A DNA stretch of 64,000 bases, taken from Oculatellaceae cyanobacterium bins.114. GTDB lineage: Bacteria > Cyanobacteriota > Cyanobacteriia > Elainellales > Elainellaceae. The DNA is taken from positions 13,561 to 77,560 of the forward strand of contig JANRJA010000011.1 of the NCBI GenBank assembly GCA_033764315.1, in the 5' to 3' direction. Numbering within the stretch: the first letter of the stretch is position 1; the number at the start of each line of letters is the position of its first letter. This document shows positions 1 through 9,790 of this stretch, piece by piece. The notes under the pieces were generated by a model. The model was not told the origin of the DNA. It was given only the letters and a program-made list of their open reading frames with translations, and did no database searches. The position numbers were made by a program, and so were the translations under genes.

Positions 1-787
1 GTTGACCGTAAGCCTCAATCACTTGCTGTTGGGTATCTCCTACTCGAATGCCGTCTGCTGTGGGCATATCAGGGCTGCGTGTGCTTAGGGAATAGACCGT
101 GCCGTCTGCCAGTCCAACTGAGAGGGTTGGATATTCTAACCGTCGTAGGACTAACCCGATCTGGTTTTCCTCATCTTTAGCTTCTAGAGGCTCACCCAGT
201 ATTTGGCGCACGTCTGCTTCTGTCGCCGTAGTGGAAATTCCACCAATGGATGCCTGAGCGGTCTCTAGAGCCAGGGTTGAGGCAGCAGATGAGGATTCAG
301 ACATTGCCTCAACAGGAGTTGCGATCGCCTCTGGCTCAGACGCAGGAACAGCAGCTTGAAATTGATCGAACAAACTCTGAGCAAGGCTGGCTGGCACCCC
401 ATAATCTTGTAATGCCTCTGGGCTGGTTGCTAGTGCTCCACCCCCTTGGGTCAATACTTGCCATGTTCCTGCGGTTCGTTGCAACAGAATCTGCCCTTCA
501 GCCTCGGTTGCGCTCCAGTTTGCCAAAGCGTAATCTTCGACAATCACTAGATTTGAAAGGGTGACAGCTCCACCTAACTTCTGTAACTCAGCGATCGCCA
601 CTTGCGTGACTTGCTCTGTCTCTGAAGCCGTGGTGGTAGTCTGGGAGGAAGTCGTTGATGCAGGCTGCATCTCTGAACTTGGTGATGCTGTGGGGGAAGA
701 GGGGCGATCGCCACAAGCAACTAAGGGCACCGTCGCAAGTAAAGTCAACGTTACATTCCCAATCAAACGGTAAACATTGGGTGTCAT
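1..787 (-). CDS. Putative lipoprotein, 3' end outside the window
   Basis: Read manually: open minus-strand frame from ATG at 787 (MTPNVYRLIGNVTLTLLATVPLVAC|GDRPSS...) with a lipobox (LVAC) and a Ser/Thr linker; no stop down to base 1. Confidence 0.75.
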   Translation of the reverse strand, partial: MTPNVYRLIGNVTLTLLATVPLVACGDRPSSPTASPSSEMQPASTTSSQTTTTASETEQVTQVAIAELQKLGGAVTLSNLVIVEDYALANWSATEAEGQILLQRTAGTWQVLTQGGGALATSPEALQDYGVPASLAQSLFDQFQAAVPASEPEAIATPVEAMSESSSAASTLALETAQASIGGISTTATEADVRQILGEPLEAKDEENQIGLVLRRLEYPTLSVGLADGTVYSLSTRSPDMPTADGIRVGDTQQQVIEAYGQ

Positions 788-998
788 CACAGAGAAATCT
801 CCAGAGCATTCGTGACTCCAGATTAACCTGTCGGCTCTAAATTGATGGATGGCGCATCACAGATATCCAATACTCAGGTGGTCGATCGCTACAAACGATT
901 CCCTCTCAGTCATTCAGGCGACAACTGTGAATGACATAGGTCTAATTTTGCACGCAGATTATCACAATCTAATATTCAAACCTAAATCTTCACTGGCA

Positions 999-1739
999 CT
1001 ACTGAGGCAACATCCCTGCAAACTGTTTTTCGACGGCTTTAAGGGGTGCTTGCAGATCAGCAAACACACTTTGGGAAACAGCATCGGGATAGACCTCTTC
1101 AAGACCTTGCGCGATCGCCTGTAGTGTTGCGTTAGCCACTTCAATCGGGGCAATTTTGTCGAGGGGCACCGCTTCTGACATAGCAGTATCAACTGGTCCC
1201 GGAAACACCCCAACCACTTGAGTGCCTTGCTGAGCCAACTCTGCTCGCGCCCCTTGGGTCAAAGAATACAGAGCTGCTTTAGAGGCACTATAGGAACTGA
1301 AAACAGGCACATTCACAACGGAAGCGATCGAGAGCAAATTGACAATTGCACCCCCTCCGTTCTGCCGTAAAATCGGCGCAAAAGCACGGATCATAGAGAG
1401 GGTACCAAAGTAATTGGTGGTCATTTCCCACTGAGCGGTTTCCACACTCTTATCTGTAAATAAACCACCGGCCCCCAAAACTCCCGCATTGTTGATTAAT
1501 AGGGTGACATCTTGAGCCGTTTGAGCAACCGCACTGACCTGATCAGCATCCGTTACATCCAGGGCAATTGGAACAACTCGATCAGGGGCGATCGCCACAA
1601 CATCACCGAGTGTGTCAATGCTTCGAGCAGCAGCATAAATGCGATGAGCACCTGCTTGCACTAGAGCTTCGATGTAGGCTTTACCAATGCCGCGATTAGC
1701 CCCTGTTACAAAAGCAACCGATCCTTGAATGTTCATCAC
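999..1739 (-). CDS. Short-chain dehydrogenase/reductase (SDR)
   Basis: TGANRGIG, NNAG and YSASK motifs. Confidence 0.93.
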   Translation of the reverse strand: MMNIQGSVAFVTGANRGIGKAYIEALVQAGAHRIYAAARSIDTLGDVVAIAPDRVVPIALDVTDADQVSAVAQTAQDVTLLINNAGVLGAGGLFTDKSVETAQWEMTTNYFGTLSMIRAFAPILRQNGGGAIVNLLSIASVVNVPVFSSYSASKAALYSLTQGARAELAQQGTQVVGVFPGPVDTAMSEAVPLDKIAPIEVANATLQAIAQGLEEVYPDAVSQSVFADLQAPLKAVEKQFAGMLPQ

Positions 1740-1871
1740 AATCTCCTTAATTAACTATCAAACCTTTGATAGGAAAGCTTTGTGCCGTTTTATGGGGCTG
1801 CTTTGCTCTCCACACTTTTTATCTTGATTGATTTCAATATGTTTGAGAAGACTGGGAAATAGAATATGATT

Positions 1872-1888
1872 TATTCGCATTTGGAATA
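1872..1888. promoter_or_regulatory. Probable LysR recognition box (T-N11-A dyad)
   Basis: TATTC-N7-GAATA palindrome between the divergent SDR and LysR genes. Confidence 0.5.
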
Positions 1889-1897
1889 ACTGAAGGT

Positions 1898-2818
1898 ATG
1901 GATCGCCTCGACTGCATTCACAGTTTTGTGCGGGTCGTCGAAACAGGAAGCTTTTCTGCTGTCGCTCGCGAACTCAACACAACCCAACCCACCATTAGCA
2001 AGCAAATTGCGGCACTCGAAGACTATCTGGATGTGCAATTGTTGACTCGCTCGACTCGAAAGCTTCAGTTGACCCAGGCAGGAGAGCAATTTTTTGAGCA
2101 TTGCCAGGTCATCTTGGATGCTGCTGCCACGGCTGAAGCCAGTGTTGGGCAACGCCAAAATCCAGTTGGAACACTGCGCGTTAGCTGTCCTGTGGCGTTT
2201 GGACAGCACCAACTGATGCCTTACATCAAGGGATTTCTCGATCGCTACCCCGATATCACCCTAGACCTGACCTTGAGCGATCGCTTTACTGATTTAGTAG
2301 AGGAAGGAATGGATCTTGCCATTCGGATTGGGCAGGTCAACGATCCCATGTTAATCACCCACCGCATCGGCATGACCCGCCGAGTCACCATCGCAGCCGT
2401 GTCCTATTTTCGCGATCGCCCAGAGCCTCAAACCCCAGCAGAATTAGTAGATCACAACTGCATCGTCTATACTCGTTTGGCAACCGTCAACGAGTGGCAC
2501 TTTCAAAATCCTAAGGGTGGCACCACTCAAGTCACCGTTAAAGGCAATTTGCAAACCGACAACTCAACTGCCATTCGAGAAGCGGTATTGGCAGGCATCG
2601 GCATTGCCGTTTGCCCGGTCTGGCTATTTGGTGAGCTGATCAACTCTAGCCAAGCTAGAGTCATTCTCAAAGATTATCAACCCATTCCGCTGCCCATTCA
2701 TGCTGTCTATCGGCGTGGACGATTTGTCTCCGCCAAGGTGCGCTGTTTTATTGAATATCTCACCCATGAGTTCAAGCTCAATCCGTGGGTATCAGATTGT
2801 GGAGTTAATCAGCAATAA
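1898..2818 (+). CDS. LysR-family transcriptional regulator (CrgA/DmlR-like)
   Basis: N-terminal HTH (SFSAVARELNTTQPTISKQIAALE..RSTR) plus substrate-binding domain; divergent from the SDR. Confidence 0.95.
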   Translation: MDRLDCIHSFVRVVETGSFSAVARELNTTQPTISKQIAALEDYLDVQLLTRSTRKLQLTQAGEQFFEHCQVILDAAATAEASVGQRQNPVGTLRVSCPVAFGQHQLMPYIKGFLDRYPDITLDLTLSDRFTDLVEEGMDLAIRIGQVNDPMLITHRIGMTRRVTIAAVSYFRDRPEPQTPAELVDHNCIVYTRLATVNEWHFQNPKGGTTQVTVKGNLQTDNSTAIREAVLAGIGIAVCPVWLFGELINSSQARVILKDYQPIPLPIHAVYRRGRFVSAKVRCFIEYLTHEFKLNPWVSDCGVNQQ

Positions 2819-2914
2819 CCACAACAGATGCACAGAGTAAAATTGCAACATGATTGATAGGTGGGCATTGCACAAAAGTAGGTATTATGTGCGTTTAATT
2901 TGACAATATTAGTC

Positions 2915-3043
2915 GCGATCGTGCAGGGGCAGCGGAATCTGCGGCTCACGAATCCAGCATTTCAGTTTGTTTGATCAGACGATTCACAGTTGCTCAGGGT
3001 CAACCCCCATATCTCGCAGCTTATTGGCCAAGGCTTGCGATCG
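2915..3043 (+). repeat. Copy 1 of a 129-bp HIP1-to-HIP1 direct repeat (copy 2 at 17821-17949)
   Basis: Ungapped manual alignment, about 12 mismatches in 129 bp; both ends are GCGATCG. Confidence 0.9.
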
Positions 3044-3229
3044 ATCCCATTATCTCCACTGAATCTGCATCTGAAGTCTCTGATGTCACCAAAACTTAAG
3101 AATGGGTACAGGATGCGGATGGGGATGTAGTGAAACTTTTTTAACAAATTGGCTGATTGCAATCCAAGAAATTACTGATAAAATCTACCGTATTATTCTT
3201 TTCAAACTTCTTAATCAGGAAGATGCATC

Positions 3230-6200
3230 ATGCCAGCATTGTCTCCCCTGCTGAGATGGCTCAGCACTGGCGCTACTGTTCTAGGCTCGTTTAGCCTGTT
3301 GACCCAATCCACTGCACTGGCGCAGATTGTCCCAGACAACACATTGGGTAACGAGCCATCCAGAGTACGATCGGGGGTCACGCTTCGCGGACAGGTGGCT
3401 GATCAGATTGAGGGAGGGGCTGTTCGTGGGGCAAACCTGTTTCACAGCTTTAGTGACTTTGATGTAAACCAGGGACAGCGGGTTTACTTTGCCAACCCCA
3501 CTGGTATTGACAACATTATCAGTCGTGTAACAGGGCGCAACGTCTCAAATATTGATGGTCTGCTGGGGGTCGATGGGCTTGCCAATCTATTTCTGCTCAA
3601 CCCCAATGGCATCATCTTCGGACCCAATGCCCAATTGGATGTGAGTGGCTCCTTTACCGCCAGTACGGGCGATCGCTTCACCTTCCCCGATGGCAGTGAG
3701 TTCAGTGCCACCAATCCCCAGGCTCCGCCTCTGCTGACGGTGAGTGTGCCAATTGGGTTACAGTACGGTGCCGCACCAGAGGCGATCGCCAGTGAAGCAA
3801 ACCTGAGTGCAGGTCAGGATCTGACCCTGTTTGGGGGGAATTTGAACTTACAGGGACAACTGACTGCTGGAGAAACCTTGAGTTTAAATGCTCAAGAGCG
3901 TATACAGGTGCAATCTGGTAGTACCCTCTTCTCTGGTAGAGATACTGTGGTTCAATCACCAATTCGGTTATTGGGTGACGCTAACTATACAGTGGGTGGC
4001 TACTTTATCATCCAGGAACTGGATGGTACTCCCGTAGAGAGTTTGGATCCACGTAACAATACCAGCATTATTCGGACCAATGGGGACGTGACGTTGACGG
4101 GTGAGTATAGTGGTCCACCTCTCTTTATCTTGGCTGGTGGAAAAGTCCAGTTAAGTGGAGTATCAATTACGAGTTTTGGCATTACACGCGATATTTCTGA
4201 TGGAACTGGTGGAAATCAAACGATTACCGTTAATCCCCAACAAGCTCTTAGCGTGAGTAGCGGAGTTGATTGGGCAGCAGAGGGTGGATTAACTAGTGCC
4301 AACGAACCCGCTTCTTTAGGTGGAGCAAGTGTGACGTATGGCACTGCGACGGGTGGCAACCTGGATCTACAGGGACAACTTGCAACCAATGGAGAAAACA
4401 TTGCGTTAACTGCGAGAGACAATATTGCATTAACTGTAGATGGAACTTTGAACTTGCAGGGACAACTTCGAGCTGAAGGAACCTTGACTTTAGAGGCTCA
4501 AGGGGCGATCGCCAGTCAAGCGAACCTGAGTGCAGGTCAGGATCTAACCCTGAATGGGAGAAATTTGAACTTACTACAGGGACAACTGAATGCCACGGGG
4601 AATTTGACACTACAAGCGCAAAATACGCTTCAGATTCAAGATAGTGAAACTCAGCCATTTCAAGCGACTGCGGGTAATCAGCTTCTCCTGCAAGGTGACC
4701 AGGCTGTTGATATCTCTCTCAACAATTATGGTAGTTCCTTGAACGCAGGTGGAGATCTAGTTTTACGGTCAACTAGTGGCAACATTAATATTAGTGGTGG
4801 TACGCTCAACTCCAGTTCGACTAACACTCCTGCTGGACAAATTTCAATCAATGGACAGAATGTAACCTTAAGTAATACTGAAATTAACTCTAGGTCATCT
4901 TCTAGCACTGGTGGGCAGATAACTATTGCAGCCTCTGGTAACGTTAGGATTAGTGATCGTTCCATTAACTCGACATCACAGGCTAGTTCGGGCGGACCCG
5001 TTTCAATTAGCGGTCAAAATGTAACTTTAGAGCGGGTTGGAATTGACACCGCATCTTTCGGAGGTAGTGGTGGCAGTGGCGGCGTTTCTATCACAGCTAA
5101 TGGTGGCACCGCTAGGCTTTTAGGAGGAGATTCTCGCCCTACTATTTATGCTGATAGCTTCAACAGTGATAGTGGTTCTTCTGGCGGAGACATTCGTATT
5201 GAAGCGGCGACTATTGATATAAGCGATTATGAACTAAATGCTGCGGTCAATTCTTCGGGTTCGGGTAGTGATATTATCCTGTCTGCCACTGGCAATATTC
5301 GTCTTGACAATAGTACCTTTACTACTGAAGTTCAGGCAGAAGCATCAGGTTCGGGCGGAGGTATTCAAATCAATGATGTAGGATCGCTCTCCCTGAACAA
5401 TTCTATTCTCAGTGCCAGTACTGCAGGTGCGGGTGCTGCCGGACAAATCCGCATTGCTGCTAGAAACGATGTTACTTTAACTAATGGGTCTCAGATTCGC
5501 AGTAACGTTGAGACAGGGGCTTCTGGTCGAGGAGGAGACATTCAAATCAATGCTCCCTCGCTCTCATTAACCTCTACACCATCGGAACCAAGTTCTCCAC
5601 CACAACCCTCACAAATTTCTGCCAGCACGGCGGGCAGCGGAAATGCCGGTACAATTACCCTCGGCAGTGCGAACGATCCAATTGAGCAAATTACGATTTC
5701 GGGTAATGGCTCTGGAATTTTTGTAACGACTAATGATTATTTGGACCCAACTGTTTCTACTTTTGGAGAACAAGATGATGTTGGTCAATTATTAAACAAT
5801 GCTCGATTAATCACCGATGTTAGCCAAATTATTGGATCATTAGAAAACCCAGATGATGTAGATCTCTACCGCATTGAGTTGAATGGTCAACCCTTTTCAG
5901 CAACCACTCAAGGCACAGTCGTTGATACACGATTGTTTCTTTTTGATCAACAAGGTTTGGGAGTTTATGCCAATGAAGACATCAGTGATAGTGATTTCAG
6001 TTCACGCCTGCCTGAGGACAACGCTCTGACCCCAACAGCTTCTGGGACATACTATCTGGCGGTAAGCAGTTATGGTAGATATCCGGTCAGTCCAAATGGG
6101 TCTATTTTTGGTCTTGAGTCTGCTGCGTTTACCGATGTAGTTGGTCGAACGGAACCTGGAGGTGGATCACGGTTAAATGACTGGCAGGGGAATGGTTTAG

Positions 6201-9200
6201 ATTCGGGCAATTACACCATTCAACTTACGGGAGTCAATAGTCAAACGCCTCGTCCCCTCCCAGGTGGTGTGGGTGGTGTTATAAATGTCCACGCCAATTC
6301 TGTTAATGTTTTGGGTGGTGGAAGTTTTAGCGCTGAAACTCGTGGCAGTGGACCTGCGGGAAATCTTTCGATGACTGCTAATACAGTCACGTTACAAGGA
6401 AGTCGCATTACAGCCGCAGCAACGGGAAACAGTCCCACGTCGCGTGCAGGTAACGTCACCATAAATGCTCAAACAATAGACCTTTCAGATAACTCAGGAA
6501 TCGTCACGATAAACAGTTCTTCAGCGGTTCCAGTAGCAGAGCGATCGCGCTTCGGTAACATCCAACTCGACAATGTCAACAATCTCACAGTTGCCAATAG
6601 CTTAATTGTCTCGAGAACTGAGAGTGGTGTGGCTGGTAGCGTTCAGATTAATGGTGGAACGGACAGCTCTGTCACCTTAAGTGGTGTTACAGGTGACTTG
6701 AACGGCGATGGGATCATCAACATTCTTGAAGGAGAAGGAGTTGGAGGTATCGTTACAACAGCAATTGCTGGTGGTCGTGCAGGTGATGTTCTTGTCAATA
6801 CAAATCGATTATCCATTAGTAGCGATGCTCAAATCACTGCCAGTAATCGGACAACGGCAGGAAACGGCTCTGGTTCAGCAGGGAATGTAACAGTTTCAGC
6901 CAATACGATCACCCTCAATAATGGTGATATCGATGTGGAAACGGAAGCGGGAGCGGGTGGTAATGTCATCATTACTGATCTCAATACCCTTAGCGCAACT
7001 AATGGTAGTAGTATTTCAACCAGCACCGGTACTGGCATTGCAGGGAGTATTCGCATTAATGAAGAACAACCTGCTGCATCCACCATTCAATTCACCGATA
7101 GTGCGCTGAGAGCTAATGCAGCCTCTGGTCAGGGTAATGCTGGGGATGTAACTGTAAATACGCAAGGTTTGACCGTGGAGCGATCGCGCATCTTAGCTCA
7201 AACCGTTTCTGGTACAGGTGGTGATATTACCCTGACAGGCTTAAGGGATTTAAGTGCCACGAATAGTCAAATTTCGGCCTCAACAGATAGTGGTATTGCG
7301 GGTAATGTGACAATCAATGCCACTGACTCAGTGGTGCTTACGGGAAATGGTCCTCTCACCAATAGTGGCGACCCAAGCGATCGCCCAGGTATTTCTGTTC
7401 AAGCAAGAAATGGGGGGAATGCTGGAGATATTGCCATTACTACCCCTACACTCACTGTTCAAAATGGTGCTCGTGTCTCAGCATCAACTGCTGGTAATAA
7501 CGGGGGTGATCTGGGAGGCAGCATTACCGTTACAGCAGATACGGTCAGCCTGTTTGGGCAACCCAATGAATCTGATAGCCAGCGTACAGGGCTGTTTTCA
7601 GAGACGAATGGAGCAGCTAATGCGGGCGACCTTACCCTGCAACCTCTACCTGGTACGGGCGATCTCCAGATCAACTTTTCTAATGGAGCACAATTATCAG
7701 CCTTAACTAGGGGCAGCGGCGAGGGGGGAAATGTGTCAATTATCGCTCCACAATCAGTAGCGATCGCGGGGAATGGCACCGTTTCGGTTGATACCCGCAA
7801 CACTGGTCAGGGAGGAAGAATTGACATCAACGCACCCACCCTCACCATTCGAGACGGAGCCAGAGTTTCCACCTCCACAAGTGGTACGGGTGCGGGTGGG
7901 AAGATTAGGGTCACTGCGGATACCGTTAATCTGTCAGGAGCAACCACCGCCTTATCATCCAATACATCCAATACTGGCGCTGCTGGAACGCTTAACCTGA
8001 TTCCTGCAACGGGGCGATCGCTCACGGTTAATTTTGAGGATGGGGCACAACTGTCAGCCCGAACCACCGGGCAAGGGGAGGGCGGCAATGTCTTTTTAGG
8101 AGATGATCCGAGGATTGCCCCAGCACCGTTAGAGGCTATTTCGCTCCGAGGGAGAGGCAGTTTACAGGTGTCTGCTGAAGGAGGCGGAAATGCAGGTTTA
8201 TTAGGAATCAATACCAATTTATTTAACCTTGGAACTGGAGTTCGTCTTGTAGCCAATTCAATTCGTAGTCGAGCTGGAGCGGTTGCGTTTCGCTCAGGAG
8301 ACGTGTTTGTGATTGACTCTCGGATTGAAGCCTCAACATCACTGAACTCTGCTGGGGGCATTATTGTTCAAGCCAATAGACGGGTTCAGCTCCGGGGCAC
8401 GTTCCAGAATGACAATGGTACCGTTCTTCCAGCGGGGCTGTTTGTTGAGGGCGGTGCGAGCGGAGAAGCTGGATTTTTAACCATCACTACGCCCCGATTA
8501 ATCATCGAAAATGGTGCTCAAGCCTCAGCTAGAGCCAGGGCAGGAAGGGGTGGCGGTGTTTCCGTAAATGCACATTCCATTGAGATCAACAGTCGTGGAG
8601 AGACCAGAACGCGCACAGGCATTCTTGCCAGTTCTACCTCTGGTACTGGCGGTAATATTCTTCTCTTTGGAGTGAATCAACTCAATCTCCAAGATGGAGT
8701 CATTTCTGCTGAAACACAAACGGGTGTTGCAGGCAATGTGCGAGTTAATGCAGCAGGTGGAACAGTGCAACTGAGGGGTAGCAGAACTCGGCTAACCGCA
8801 AGCGCGACAGGAGAGGGTGGACGAGCAGGTAATGTGGAGATCATTGCTCGTCGCGTTAATGTGGAGAATGGAGCAAGATTGACGGCACAGGCAACTGGAA
8901 GACAAGGACGAGCAGGTAATGTGACGGTGACTGCTAGAGGGGGGAGCCTGACGGTGAGCGGTGGAGCTGAGTTAACCGTAAGGAATCGAGATGGGGTTGC
9001 AGGTAATCTCAGGATCAACGCAGGGACAGTTATTTTGAACCGTGGCAACCTGATTGCGATCGCCGGACTGGGTGACAATGGCAATATTATAGTCACACAA
9101 TCCGGTTTGTTATTCCGGCCTCAGAACAACAGTCGCATCTCAGCACAGGCGATCAACAGTGCTTCTGGGGGAACTGTTAGGTTAAATGTGCCAAATGGTT

Positions 9201-9790
9201 TTGTTTTAACCAACTATCTGGAGAATAACGATATTATTGCCAGTGCCTTAGGGGAGGGGGATGGCGGGAGTGTCCGGATTACTGCCCTGGGTATTTTTGG
9301 TTTAGAACAGCGCTCCGAAGAGACATCCTATAGCGATATTGTTGTCACCTCTCGATTTGGCACCGATGGTACGGTTGTGCTGGACACCTTAGGCGTTGAC
9401 CCTACCCGAGGGCTGGCAGCCGTCCCCGAACTGGTTGACCCTAGCGATCAGGTGGATCAAGGTTGCGGAGCAGATGGTGCGATCGCCCAAACACAAAATC
9501 AACAGACGCAAAATCAATTTGTTGTCAGCGGACGGGGGGGATTACCTGCACAACCCACCGGCAGTTTAACCCCCGATGCAATTACCGGTGATTGGGTATC
9601 TCTGGAAGGAACTGCTACCGAGCAAGCGACCGTACCCTCATCCCGTGCAGAGCTTCAGGAGATGACAGAAATTGTGGAAGCACAGGGCTGGTCGGTTAGT
9701 GAAAAAGGGGATGTGATTCTGACTGCGCCTCCAACTGCAACAGCTCCTTCCGATCAATTTAGCACTACTACCTGTCAATCATCCCTATGA
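3230..9790 (+). CDS. Filamentous haemagglutinin-like TpsA exoprotein (2186 aa) with an inserted PPC/DVUA0089-like domain
   Basis: Signal peptide (ALA|QIVPD); TPS domain (NLFHSFSDF, ANLFLLNPNGIIFGPNA); G/S/T/N-rich beta-helix repeats; cyanobacterial-type C-terminus (GRGGLP..IVEAQGW..C). Confidence 0.92.
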   Translation: MPALSPLLRWLSTGATVLGSFSLLTQSTALAQIVPDNTLGNEPSRVRSGVTLRGQVADQIEGGAVRGANLFHSFSDFDVNQGQRVYFANPTGIDNIISRVTGRNVSNIDGLLGVDGLANLFLLNPNGIIFGPNAQLDVSGSFTASTGDRFTFPDGSEFSATNPQAPPLLTVSVPIGLQYGAAPEAIASEANLSAGQDLTLFGGNLNLQGQLTAGETLSLNAQERIQVQSGSTLFSGRDTVVQSPIRLLGDANYTVGGYFIIQELDGTPVESLDPRNNTSIIRTNGDVTLTGEYSGPPLFILAGGKVQLSGVSITSFGITRDISDGTGGNQTITVNPQQALSVSSGVDWAAEGGLTSANEPASLGGASVTYGTATGGNLDLQGQLATNGENIALTARDNIALTVDGTLNLQGQLRAEGTLTLEAQGAIASQANLSAGQDLTLNGRNLNLLQGQLNATGNLTLQAQNTLQIQDSETQPFQATAGNQLLLQGDQAVDISLNNYGSSLNAGGDLVLRSTSGNINISGGTLNSSSTNTPAGQISINGQNVTLSNTEINSRSSSSTGGQITIAASGNVRISDRSINSTSQASSGGPVSISGQNVTLERVGIDTASFGGSGGSGGVSITANGGTARLLGGDSRPTIYADSFNSDSGSSGGDIRIEAATIDISDYELNAAVNSSGSGSDIILSATGNIRLDNSTFTTEVQAEASGSGGGIQINDVGSLSLNNSILSASTAGAGAAGQIRIAARNDVTLTNGSQIRSNVETGASGRGGDIQINAPSLSLTSTPSEPSSPPQPSQISASTAGSGNAGTITLGSANDPIEQITISGNGSGIFVTTNDYLDPTVSTFGEQDDVGQLLNNARLITDVSQIIGSLENPDDVDLYRIELNGQPFSATTQGTVVDTRLFLFDQQGLGVYANEDISDSDFSSRLPEDNALTPTASGTYYLAVSSYGRYPVSPNGSIFGLESAAFTDVVGRTEPGGGSRLNDWQGNGLDSGNYTIQLTGVNSQTPRPLPGGVGGVINVHANSVNVLGGGSFSAETRGSGPAGNLSMTANTVTLQGSRITAAATGNSPTSRAGNVTINAQTIDLSDNSGIVTINSSSAVPVAERSRFGNIQLDNVNNLTVANSLIVSRTESGVAGSVQINGGTDSSVTLSGVTGDLNGDGIINILEGEGVGGIVTTAIAGGRAGDVLVNTNRLSISSDAQITASNRTTAGNGSGSAGNVTVSANTITLNNGDIDVETEAGAGGNVIITDLNTLSATNGSSISTSTGTGIAGSIRINEEQPAASTIQFTDSALRANAASGQGNAGDVTVNTQGLTVERSRILAQTVSGTGGDITLTGLRDLSATNSQISASTDSGIAGNVTINATDSVVLTGNGPLTNSGDPSDRPGISVQARNGGNAGDIAITTPTLTVQNGARVSASTAGNNGGDLGGSITVTADTVSLFGQPNESDSQRTGLFSETNGAANAGDLTLQPLPGTGDLQINFSNGAQLSALTRGSGEGGNVSIIAPQSVAIAGNGTVSVDTRNTGQGGRIDINAPTLTIRDGARVSTSTSGTGAGGKIRVTADTVNLSGATTALSSNTSNTGAAGTLNLIPATGRSLTVNFEDGAQLSARTTGQGEGGNVFLGDDPRIAPAPLEAISLRGRGSLQVSAEGGGNAGLLGINTNLFNLGTGVRLVANSIRSRAGAVAFRSGDVFVIDSRIEASTSLNSAGGIIVQANRRVQLRGTFQNDNGTVLPAGLFVEGGASGEAGFLTITTPRLIIENGAQASARARAGRGGGVSVNAHSIEINSRGETRTRTGILASSTSGTGGNILLFGVNQLNLQDGVISAETQTGVAGNVRVNAAGGTVQLRGSRTRLTASATGEGGRAGNVEIIARRVNVENGARLTAQATGRQGRAGNVTVTARGGSLTVSGGAELTVRNRDGVAGNLRINAGTVILNRGNLIAIAGLGDNGNIIVTQSGLLFRPQNNSRISAQAINSASGGTVRLNVPNGFVLTNYLENNDIIASALGEGDGGSVRITALGIFGLEQRSEETSYSDIVVTSRFGTDGTVVLDTLGVDPTRGLAAVPELVDPSDQVDQGCGADGAIAQTQNQQTQNQFVVSGRGGLPAQPTGSLTPDAITGDWVSLEGTATEQATVPSSRAELQEMTEIVEAQGWSVSEKGDVILTAPPTATAPSDQFSTTTCQSSL

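Noticed and set aside
250-1213. Short ORFs listed at 250-564, 561-773, 588-809, 655-840, 849-1124 and 962-1213
   Set aside because: Shadow or alternative frames overlapping the minus-strand lipoprotein and SDR genes
2962-3162. 66-aa minus-strand ORF
   Set aside because: Runs out of frame across the duplicated 129-bp fragment; no family signal
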